This document shows positions 1 through 10,968 of a DNA stretch of 64,000 bases, in pieces. Within the stretch, counting starts at the first letter, position 1. Each line of letters opens with the position of its first letter. This stretch comes from Perna viridis (lineage: Eukaryota). Under the pieces are notes generated by a model. That model worked only from the letters and a program-made list of their open reading frames with translations. It searched no databases and had not been told where the DNA came from. The position numbers and the translations under genes are program-made. The stretch lies in the NCBI GenBank assembly GCA_037379345.1, contig CM074525.1, positions 18,154,618-18,218,617 of the forward strand, given 5' to 3'.

Positions 1-30
1 TCTCTGAATTACACTATGTAAACATATATA

Positions 31-395
31 GTAGGGTGGACAGGGGGTGGGGATACGGGGGTTAAGGGGGGCGGGAATCGCTGGTTGAAGGGGTGGGGAA
101 CGATGGTGGAGGGAACGGAGAACGGTGGTTGAAGGGGTGGGGAACGGTGGTTGAAGGGATGGGGAACGGTGGTGGACGGAACGGAGAACGGTGGTTGAAG
201 GGGTGGGGAACGGTGGTGGAGGGAACGGGGAACGGTGGTTGAAGGGGTTGAAATACAAATACCGGTACCGGGAATTATGGTTTGGAACAATAATCGGGGG
301 TAAAATGAAAAGGGTCGGGAATCACTGGTCAGGAGGGTAGCAAGCAGTGGTCTAGGGGAGGGAAGCGGGAATAAGTGTCTCCCTGTCCACTCCTC
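31..395. mobile_element. MITE-like element with terminal inverted repeats and an internal G-rich minisatellite
   Basis: Left end (G)TAGGGTGGACAGGG (31-45) and right end CCCTGTCCACTCCTC (381-395) are imperfect inverted repeats, both flanked by ATAT/TA runs. The interior (about 70-250) is tandem GGAACGGTGGTTGAAGGGGTGG-type units. Confidence 0.6.
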
Positions 396-1351
396 ATATA
401 TGTGTAGGACCTGTATTAAAGGGTGAAAATTGCATATAAATTAACATAATTTTACAAAATACTTGTGCGTTTTAATTTCATTTAAGAAATAACATAAAAA
501 ATGTTTTAACCAAAATTTGTTTTTTAAGTCCTAAATATAGTGTTTCATGTTGGCTTGAAAACCACATAAAAATTATTTACTGTGTAGGGAAGCTTTATGA
601 TTTCACCGATTTTACAGAATCTGTCATCTTTTCAATGATTTTGTTGTACTTTGAACATACCTAACTCTTTTGTTGTTTTTTTTTAATAAAACGAACAATC
701 ACATTCATTTACAATTTGATTCGTCATATATATTTCCCGGTTTACTTTATCCGAGAGACCCACATGGTAATGAGATATCACTCTAACTATTGCTTAATTT
801 GGCATGGTTTCTTGCTCCGTCGCTCACTTTCTCTGGGTCATAACACTCACTATCAGAGAACTCAAACTAGCGCCAGGCAATGTGGCTTTTGACGTCTCTT
901 ATCACATAATCTTTTGTTTGGCGTTACGCCTGTTTGAAACAGAGTTATCTTATCTGTATTTTCTCTGTTTCCCTTTTATTTTTAAACTTTCAAAGTTGTT
1001 CTTTTTTACAAAACGACGTTCCGAGTCTATAGTTTTCAATTAAACGTTTTACACGTAAAAGTATTTAATGAACGAAAACTCAAGGTTAATTTATCTATGA
1101 CATTCATCGTGTAACAATGCAGCACGCTTTTGCCAATTTCTAAATGGTACGAGCATACAAGGGGCATTCAAATGTCACGAAGCTTTTGTTCAACTGTATG
1201 CATCATTGCTAAACAATATCCTTTCTTCGTTCTTTGCTTTTGTTTTTTCGATGGATTTTATCGAAACTTTGTACTAACTTACCTTCTTGTGGAAAGGGTG
1301 TCAGTGACACATGGGTCTGTTAAATATGGGATGATCGTCTGATTTATAATA

Positions 1352-1487
1352 NNNNNNNNNNNNNNNNNNNNNNNNNNNNNNNNNNNNNNNNNNNNNNNNN
1401 NNNNNNNNNNNNNNNNNNNNNNNNNNNNNNNNNNNNNNNNNNNNNNNNNNNNNNNNNNNNNNNNNNNNNNNNNNNNNNNNNNNNNNA
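1352..1487. other. Assembly gap (N run)
   Basis: Run of N bases. Confidence 0.99.
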
Positions 1488-2902
1488 GTGTGTATAAATG
1501 CAAAACTTGGTAATTAAACTTTTCATGATTCTGACAAAATGGCAAAGGCAAACATATGGTAAGCGAAAAGGCTGTGTCCGCTCCTCTTCGTCTGTAATCA
1601 AAATTGTATAGTATAACAATTGCCTCCCCAAACCCCATCACTGCTGACATCAAAACGCAATTGATTCCCTTCCCCGTTTAATATTTTTATATTGACTTTG
1701 CTCCTAAATGCTGTTCAACGGGCATCAGCATTGACACATTCTGTTGTTTTCGGTGTTGCACGTCGGCCGAGTACGTATCCTCATCCAATCCGAACACCAC
1801 ACGGTCTTTTCCGTGGAATTTTTCCCTTGAAAGGTCGAGTGATATTCTGATGGAGGAAAAGTAAATTTGACTTATTATAGTTCGGATATACATTTATCAT
1901 GCATAACTTCAAAACAATCTTTGAACTTCTTTCCCTCCATACAGATTCGTAGGGTAAAAGTATATCCCTTTATACAGCAATCCAAACAACGGTAATTTCT
2001 AGGCAATTCTTACCCAGTCTTTTCCTTGAACCTAGGGACTATATTCAGTAAGGAACCTTCTATATTAGATCACACCGTCCCGAGTTCCACTGTGCTCACC
2101 TGCATGACCCGTTCAAGCCTTTAGAAAATAAGTCTAATAATTACGCATAAGAAGCTTAGAAACACAAAAGCCTTAAGCTATAGGTCCATTAATACACTAT
2201 TGAATGTTATATGGATGTGTATTTAACGCAATAGAAAAGATGTATAAAAGACGTATTCTTCTAAGTATTATTAAACAAATACAAAAATTATGAATATCTC
2301 AAAAGCCGGTCGCAAATAAAAGCAAGTCGTTAATAGATTTGAATTTAAAAGACGGAAATTATTCCATTTTGTTTGCTTGACGTGGCAATGGGTTTTACAT
2401 GATAATATAGACTCTCAATGATATCGTCTGGTTAATGTATTATAGCAAGTTACCATTGACAATATTTTACATGCATTAAAATTAAGTAAAAGCGTATGTA
2501 CATGTACTAACTTCTACCGGACGTCGTCCTCATTTACTCATGGACCTTTTTCGTCAGTGGCGTATCAAACATTTTCAAAATGAAACGAAAAAGTTCGACA
2601 ATGAGGTCGTTCTGAACCCCAAATAGAGCAACGATCACTTTAAACTGTGACTTTATTTTGTTAAAATGTTAAAAAATATTGAAAAACTAAGTATGCTTTA
2701 ATGACCTACATTGACAATTGTGAGGAAGCGGTTTGTTTTTCAAATATACGATTCAGTGTTTTTTTTAAACACGTAAATCGTTTTGTACGCCAAATGTATA
2801 AAAATTCCAGCTTCTCTTTTTTTATGTAAAACCTAAAAAAAATCAAACATGGGTGCATGAAGATTTTTTTTAAATGAAGGTGAAAGAGCAATCGGCGCGG
2901 AG

Positions 2903-3253
2903 TCTTGGGACATTTTGTTTGTTATCTATACCTTAACCAATCATGTCTTGGGGACATTTTGTTTGTTATCTAAACCCTAACCAATCATGTCTTGGGGACA
3001 TTTTGTTTGTTATCTAAACCTTAACCAATCATGTCTTGGGGACAATGTGTCTGTTATCTAAACCTTAACCAATCACGTCTTGGGGACATTTTGTTTGTTA
3101 TCTAAACCTTAACCAAGCAGGTCTTGTGGACGTTTTGTTTGTTATCTAAGCCTTAACCAATCATGTCTTGGGGACAATGTGTTTGTTATCTAAACCTTAA
3201 CCAATCATGCCTTAGGGACATTTTGTTTGTTATCTAAACCTTAACCGATCATA
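2903..3253 (+). repeat. 44-bp tandem repeat, about 8 copies
   Basis: Unit CTTGGGGACATTTTGTTTGTTATCTAAACCTTAACCAATCATGT recurs at 2947, 2991, 3035, 3079, 3123, 3167 and 3211, plus a first copy at about 2904. Confidence 0.97.
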
Positions 3254-3394
3254 AGCCTCCCAACAAAACCAAATAAGGCTAATGCCCATGACAATGAAGA
3301 AAATAAACAAAATAAATAGAAAACAACAACAAACAACAACAACAAAAACAACAAGAAAGAATTGGGAGATCAATCTACATAAACGGCTTCAGCA

Positions 3395-3634
3395 TAAAGA
3401 GTAATCAAGGGAAGCAAGGTGATAGCGGTAATAAAAAATGTAATCCAGGGTCAAAGACCAGACATGGAATACAAACAAACACAACAAAGAACATAGAGTA
3501 ACGAAAATTATACAAACATGGTAACAAAACTAAATGAGCAACTCGGACTCCACTAAAAACTGGGAGCATGGACCAGGTGCACCGGTAGAGTAAGCGTCCT
3601 CTGCTTTTATAGAAACACCCGCCGAGTTGCTCAT
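3395..3634. mobile_element. Interspersed repeat family A, copy 1 (non-autonomous element with a 13-bp internal inverted repeat)
   Basis: Highly similar to 20408-20587 (opposite orientation) and 40108-40334. Contains ATGAGCAACTCGG (3534-3546) and CCGAGTTGCTCAT (3622-3634), followed by (GAAT)n. Confidence 0.85.
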
Positions 3635-4350
3635 GAATGAATGAATGAATGAACACAACAAATGCCACTGTCACTAACTTTTCCATCACAATATCATGCC
3701 TGGCTAGTAGCGGATCCAGAGTTCAAGGTAAGGGGGGGAGGCAAAAAAAAATTCTTGACAGGATCAGTGGTGATTGACTGTAATAAACCCAAAACAGGTC
3801 AAAAGGCGTATCCAGAGATTTTCAAAAGAGCTAGGGGATCCCTGACTGTCATTGCTCGGTGATTTCCTATATAATCAACTAAATTTTTCTAGCCAGTCGC
3901 AGGTACATGTCCGTTCGTCTATCCGTCCCTTTCAAACGAAAGTTGAGAACAAATCAAATGACTTTGTACAGTTGTTGAGTTCTATGAAATACAGACCAAG
4001 TTAGATTTTTTGCACATTTCTTGGAGTAGTACTGTTATGAACATAGGATTTGTCATATCTTGCAAAATCCCGATAGCAACATGAGAACAGATCGACGAAT
4101 AGTATATATTTTTGGAATTTTGTTAAGTAACTAAAAGCGTAGAACAATACCATTTATATTCCTACGGTTATTCTGTTTTGAAATTTTGATACCCATTTCT
4201 ACGGTTTTCATTAATGGCGTCTATAGTTTATTGCCAACCCACACCCTACACGTTGCGTGGTATTATCTAATATACAATCAGGTACCCCCAATGAAACTAT
4301 TGGATTTCCTGGAAAGGGAGCGATGTTTCCACATAGATCAGATTCCCACG

Positions 4351-4508
4351 ACAGTGGTGGATTCAAATGGGGTCCGGGGTTTTGACCCTCTTTCTTGATA
4401 GATTTTTTTTTGATCAATTTCGTGCAAAAGTTTGGTAAAAATGAGTTATTACTTGTCCGGGATGCTATTCGGGATCCCCTTTTTTCTTCAAAATTTCAGA
4501 ATCCGATT
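4351..4508. mobile_element. Short degenerate MITE of the CAGTGGCGGATCCAG...CTGGATCCGC type (family E)
   Basis: Begins CAGTGGTGGATTCA, has G/C runs inside and ends TCAGAATCCG. Similar ends occur at about 3709, 5459, 15405, 19988, 49077 and 51423. Confidence 0.5.
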
Positions 4509-7004
4509 CCATTTGCTAAGAGACGTTTTATTATTTCGACGTTGATGGCCAGTGAGCAAGTAAAGTAAAACCGGAAGCTCCCTTGTAACATATGAATTAT
4601 CGACTACGTCCTCCTCAGTTCCTCTTGAGCTGATTTGTAACTACATTTTGAATGGTGAAAAAAAGACAGCTGTCAAAACTGTAGACATGATGGGATAATT
4701 TGAACAAACAGAATTGAATTTAATTATAGATCAATAAAAAATCTGGTTAGATAGATATAAAATTTGGCCGTATGGCATCATACCCAATTGTCGGGTTCAT
4801 TCTAATTTGTGTCTATTAATAATTAATCAGAATGCTATTGATTTTCTTTTCACTGTATAAGACAATTGATTCTTTTCTTGTTAATTATTCACCAGTTCTC
4901 CCAAAACAAAAAGAAAATTGCCATTAATTTAATTAATCAAGTTGATTAAAAAACACACGAAAACTACGACGGTCCGTCGGACTAAGTGTCATCCCGCCAC
5001 TAAAAACAATAATTACTTCAAAACGGACCATGTCGCTTTGGGAACATATGTTGGTGTGCGGTATGATTAGATAAAAGAAATAATCCAATTTAGAAAAATA
5101 ATAAAACGAGACTAATTTGATTCTAACAATTGGTTGTGAATAATTTGGCGAGAAATTGTGATAATAAAATCTTATCTACTTTCACATTCCTTATACTTTA
5201 GGGGGTTGTAAATTATTCGTATATTCATATGCACTATGGGAGTTTTATAAGTGTCTAAGAAATGCATGTTTTGTATGTTAATGTGGTAAAAACAAGTTTT
5301 AGCGAGGAAGCTCCAAAGGGCTACTGTTTTGAAACTTGTTTTATTGTGATACATATCTTACATGTACACCCACTTATCTTATTTCTTAATATGCAGAAAA
5401 CAATACTATATGGAAGCTTTAAAATTGTCTCGTAAGTAATGTTTATAACTAGTCCACATAGGCGAATCCAAAGAAAGCATCTCTCCCCCATAAATGGAAA
5501 AGTTGTGTTGAATATTTATGGCGAATCACTAAAGCGGAACCTCTCTTGGGCCTGTAGGCGGGTCCCTTTTCAGAATTTCGGAATCGACTATTGACCAATA
5601 CTTACAATGTATTTTGAAAAAAAGAATACATCACCAGGCACAATTTCAAAAATGAGCGACGATTCGCAATGCCAACATATTTAAAATCTGCATGTTTCTT
5701 CTCTGTTTCGGCGCCATCCATTTCGAAATGATCCCAATCTGAGTGATTGTTCAAATAAATGATAAAATGTTATTTAATATAAATTTGAATAATTTCGAAA
5801 ACCCGTTTAATGCCTTAAATTAAGATTTACTTAAATTTACGATTATATATTTTCGCGGAAAACCATTTGCCGCGAAATTCACGAAAATAAATACACCAAG
5901 AAAAAAATATACAAGAAGTTTAGGTGCGTACTAAAATACAAGAGTCATTAGTGCTCTTTTAAGCTATAAGCAAAGTAAGAATGGGGATGCGTAACCCCCA
6001 TTGCCTGTCCACGACCCGTTCATATATTTTAAGTGTGTCTATGAACAGACATTCTTGCAGTATACTCAGTGCGAACTGGTTCTTAGAAATCAATCTTCAT
6101 TGGAAATAATTAACAAAAGCATATTACATTCATAGATGATGGATGGACGACATTGGGAATCGGTTGCTTCGATTGGTCGCTCATTACTGAAAAAGATAAA
6201 ATTGACTTTAAAGGACTGAAACAATTAAAACAGGAGAGTGCGAACTATTACACACCAGGGACTTTAATGCATTAGTATTCAATCCTTGTATACACAATTA
6301 TTAGTTTTAATTAATATTTTATATTCAACAGTTTGAAATCTTCATGCTATGTATGTGCAGAATTTTTTTCTTTTCCCCTCTTTACATGATTCTGATGATA
6401 AAAATTAAAATTTTATTTGGGTTAGAATTAAAATACCTTGAATATTCAGGTTTTAATATTTCAACATAGTCTTAGTTCAAATAATCGTTCTTTAACACAA
6501 TCTATACTATTTAGCAACTTATTTAAATACAAACAAATGAAAGAAAAGAATAAAAATAAATAAAAGTTTTAATTCATTCCTTACACAGATGTTATTTTTG
6601 AATTTAAGTATTTGTACATGAAATTTAAAAAAAAAATTATTAAACGAATAGGAACAGACACGATCGCTTATTTTTCAGTCCTCAGTCAAAACATATTGAA
6701 AAAGTTTTTAACACTCTCTTATTAATACCCTCATTGTTTGTTAAATACTCTGCTAGAAGAAATAGAATTTTCTTTCAATACGTTCCGAACCATTGAATTT
6801 CTTTACAAATTTCAAATAAAGACATTTACAAAATGTAATGAAACTCCATGAGACGCTTGGTAAAAATTCAAGTTCGTTGATCTATAATTGTTAAATTTAA
6901 TCTTTCTTCGTTAAAATAAAAGCATTAGCAATAAATGATCCGATTTTGATCTATAATCGATTTTCACTGAAATTAATATGTTTTCAGGTAACGTGGTTTA
7001 GAAC

Positions 7005-7468
7005 AATGGGGCGGGGTTACAGGTCATTTTCCAATAGCTGATTGCATTGTGGGAAAACCACGTGACTCGAGTACACAGTGAATTTCGCGTGCATTTAAAT
7101 AACAAAATACCATGTTGAAAGCACAAGTGTTTGAAAGCAGAATGTAGTTTTACTTTGGAAAGGGAAAAGTGTAGCACGTGCAATTACTTATGTAGGTGAC
7201 GGAAGATTTTCACGAGACATTTCCCCGAGTCTTTCAGCACTAGCACATTTCAACACCGAAAGTGATTTTCCAGCACGTTTCTGATACTCCTAACATTATC
7301 GGCTCACGATAAAATTATTAAGTGTTAACCAACAATACCGAGTTATTAAATAAACAGTGGAATTTTATAGTGTGGAGACACCGTGTGTGATTATTTACTG
7401 AAGCAGTATTAATTTATTTACTTTTGTTATTTATTTATCTATTTGTGTAATAACTGTACTGATCACAA
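7005..7468 (+). promoter_or_regulatory. Putative promoter / 5' leader of the couch potato-like gene
   Basis: CpG-retaining region directly upstream of the ATG, with a GC box GGGGCGGGG (about 7008-7016) and CACGTG E-boxes (about 7059 and 7175; another at about 7666 in the intron). The TSS is not determinable. Confidence 0.5.
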
Positions 7469-7588
7469 ATGTTGCTGACTTCAAATATGAGGCAAACGCC
7501 AGAGACCTCGAATTCCGCTCTTAACACGGAGACATCTATTCAGTTATCCCAGAGTATGGATTCGGTGAACACTACACCAGAAGAAGAG
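7469..7588 (+). CDS. cpo: First coding exon of a Couch potato / RBPMS-family RRM RNA-binding protein (partial; RRM exons not seen in window)
   Basis: 40 codons, MLLTSNMRQTPETSNSALNTETSIQLSQSMDSVNTTPEEE, with an in-frame TGA just upstream (7460-7462) and a phase-0 donor GAG|GTATGT. SQSMDSVNT..EEE is the motif I recall preceding VRTLFVSGLP in arthropod Couch potato. Vertebrate RBPMS exon 1 likewise ends ...EEE| in phase 0. Confidence 0.85.
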
Positions 7589-9923
7589 GTATGTACCCTT
7601 TCTTCAGTAAAAAAAAACATTAAAACATTTTTTTCACACCTGAGCAGATGACATTTGTCAAACTGCACGTGACATTGTACAAGGATGCTGAGAAATTAGC
7701 TGATTGACACGCCCCCTTTTATACTCCTTAAAAAATTAACTAAGTTTATCGCCTTGAAAAGTGATCAGTGTTTAATACAGGAAAAACAAACATTGAGTCA
7801 TAAATTTAAATCAAATTATATGTTATAAGGTAAATTTTGTGGTTGAATACAATTTATAATTGTTAAGTTTTGGTGTATTAAAACCAGGAGTTGGTCGACC
7901 CTTACACCGTGCATTTCTTAACCTACATGTAGTCTCCTTCGGTTTCCACCTAAATTACGTCAATATTGTCTGCACCTAAATTTTCATTCATACAGAATTT
8001 TTTTTTACACATTCACATTTTATTGAACTAAGTCACAAAGAACCCACTATCTCCGATTTCAACAAGACTAGCTTGGCGTGATTTAAGACAGCTAAATTGT
8101 CCTCATTTTAACATGATGTATAGCGAGTTAGGCTGATCTCAGGGGGAAAACGACGATTTAATCTAATAGTGCTCGCAAGTATGAAAACAATTTGTGGGCC
8201 GAACTGGAAACTCCAGGGAGCTCGAACATCAATTCTCTTTGAGAAGTTTTCTTTCAACTGTAAATTATATGTAATTTCATAATTGTTAATCAATCGGTTG
8301 TGCGTCACAGTTTTCATTTAAACAACTATTTGCATTGTATAAGGAGAAAAGGTGATTAAATTATGAAAAATACATAGTGTATCACGCCTCTAGATAAATT
8401 ATATGCAAATGTTGTCTCACTTTATGAATTTCTGATTCATAAATTGTCTTACAAAAATCATATCGTATCTTGACCTTTTTATCTATGTTTTGAGGGCCTA
8501 TCGCCAGGGTGTCTTTAGTATCAAATCTTTTCTCTGGTAAAAAATTCAAGGCGTAACGACATGCACTGATCTTAAGCGTTTTTGCATTCTTTTGTAATAT
8601 TATAGAGTTTTATCGTTCTTACCACCTTCAATCAAGAAATTCACACTTCGTCGTCTTGTAGCAATTTTGATAATACCCCCTGAAAGAATAAAGACGCGAA
8701 GCTATCTTGTTCAAATTGAACAGTGCAACGAAGCTACTAGCATTTCTAAACTAACTTAACATATTTTCAAGCATGTGCTATTCTTTTAAATGTCAAATTC
8801 GTTCTTTTTGGGTGTTCTGAGGAGACACTTTCATACTGATGCACACATCTAGACTTTCGTGAAATTTGGAAGATATCTCTTTCTTTCGAGATCTGAGTGA
8901 AGACATTGCTATACCCATATATGTACGTCACTTCCATATATACTTTCATGCAGTAAAGTAGGAATAGATTTTATCCCTTAAACCGTTAGGATTATGCAGA
9001 GTTTAGTTATAATCTTGATAATCTCTCAATACACATATAACTGAAATTAAAACATGACCCAGAACCGAACCTTTTAAATACAGACGTTTAACAAAACTTC
9101 GTAATTAGTTCCCATTAATGACAAATTGCGTGTCTTTGAACTAGATTCCCTTTTAAACAGCTTGAAATTACCCTGTGAACAAGGTCGAAAATACTATCAT
9201 GACGTTCACATTAAACACAGATATGCGAGAAGCATAAATTATGCAGTGGTTGAGAAATTTCACCGAATTCGGCAGCTTTCCCTTGAAGTTTACGAGAAAT
9301 CAACAGTGTATACTGATCGCACAGATATTTATTGTTGTTTGTTTACTTGAAGCTACAATTGTACTCTGATTTGTGGGTAACAAGTTTCATGGTTCGTCAC
9401 AATTCATTATTTTCGTTTATTCTTGATTTTGAGGGTTTTTAAGTACATATATTTAACAGATTTTAAATTACATGCACTATATGTACCAACCATTTTAATA
9501 GCAGCTTTTTGTATTTAGCAGGGATATTTGCAAATTGGGTAGCTAGATGGGTTTTTTTTTTTGCTATACCTCTAAGGACTTTTCCACCGGTATCCCCAAA
9601 CTTCCAGTACTTTCATGTATCCTTTTGTTCCAATTAAAACCAACAGTGCAGGACCAGTTGATCCGGTAACTGCCGTATCTCATGTTACGCATTACAGTCT
9701 GGCATTATCTTTTACTGTAATTAATTTGAACCATAAAGCAGGTTTTTACTTGAGCCGTTATTAAAGTGAACAATGCATGGCAGAGATCGACCATGTGGAA
9801 TAAGTCAGCGTTCTCTTTTAAGAGCACGGGAGCGAATATGTTCTATAAGGCTACATGTACGAATGTAATTGTATCGTATATACATTGAACTATAACTGGG
9901 TCTCTTCATTCACTACAAAAACG

Positions 9924-10111
9924 CAGAAGTGTTTACTTATACGGATTTTCCGTATTTTCTACTGATTTAGACCGCAAATTATGAGCTACGGATTGTGAAT
10001 ATCTTCATAGTACCTTTGTTAAAATTTCAGAAAGTTCAGGATTTTACGAATTATTTCCATAGAATACTGTAAAAAAATAGGGATTGTCGTCAAGTAGTTT
10101 AAACAGATCTG
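9924..10111. mobile_element. MITE family G, copy 1
   Basis: Ends CAGAAGTGTTTACTT ... AAGTAGTTTAAACAGATCTG. Collinear with 28123-28306. Confidence 0.75.
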
Positions 10112-10592
10112 AAAACGTAGACACACTCAATGACACGATATGCATTTAATTATCCCTTTAAAGAAAAGAGAAGATTTTGTTAAAAAGTATGATCATTTAC
10201 AATATTTAAATATTTTGTTGTCATCGTAAGAGAGGGGGAACTTTTTTCTCAAAATGTTTTCAAAACGTACATTTTCTTCTTTTCCAGTAGTTACTTTATA
10301 GCTCTACATATGCAGGTACATGTATATACAGTATATTGATTCAGCGCTTGTTTTCTTACATGCATATGTTATTGAGAAATTTATTAATTAGAATTGGTAA
10401 TTCACAAGAAAACTTTTTAATGTTAAACTGAACCATTCCATTCATTGCATCAACATGTATTTCGTGTAGACAATTTAGCAAGGCCTTCCTTACAATATTT
10501 GCCGATATATTTTACATATGAAATGCTATTTTCCATTCTATCTGACTTAAAAAAAAAACAGTAAATTTTGTTGATATCAACACAATTTACTA

Positions 10593-10968
10593 TTAAGTAG
10601 CAGTCTGTGTAAAATGTGATACACCTAAAAAAAGGCTACATATTTTTATTTTTGTTATTATAGGTTTATATGATGAAATGTATAATAATTCCTTCCAATC
10701 TGCCTGCTCTTAGGAGATAACCCACATGGAAAATCCAATAGTTTCTATTGTACTTTAGTGTCATTCACAGAGTTATCTCCCTTATTTTTGAATTCTACAG
10801 TACATTCTATATAATTTTTATTTTTTTATGAATAAGGATTGTATGAACAGCCATATGTTAATTTCTGTTTACTATAAAATGTTTGAACAAAATATCAAAA
10901 ATAAAAACATTTAGGCTTTCCAACCATGAATCACATTTTGCATGATTCTTATCTGAAGTGCTACTTAA
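10593..10968. mobile_element. TTAA-flanked MITE family B, copy 1 (small internal deletion near the left end)
   Basis: TTAAGTAGCA ... TGCTACTTAA ends. Homologous to 30800-31204, 46304-46707 and 50077-50167. Confidence 0.85.

Noticed and set aside
9-290. Pro-rich 93-aa ORF
   Set aside because: Translation of the G-rich minisatellite inside a MITE-like element.
2538-2620. TFFVSG reading reminiscent of the RRM RNP2 motif
   Set aside because: It lies upstream of exon 1, the flanking residues do not match, and CAGTGGCG resembles a MITE end.
2903-3253. CRISPR-like regular repeat
   Set aside because: Units are head-to-tail with no unique spacers, there are no cas genes, and the context is eukaryotic.
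7589-7651. ORF extension VCTLSSVKKNIKTFFSHLSR
   Set aside because: Read-through past the GT donor into the intron; family similarity stops at EEE.
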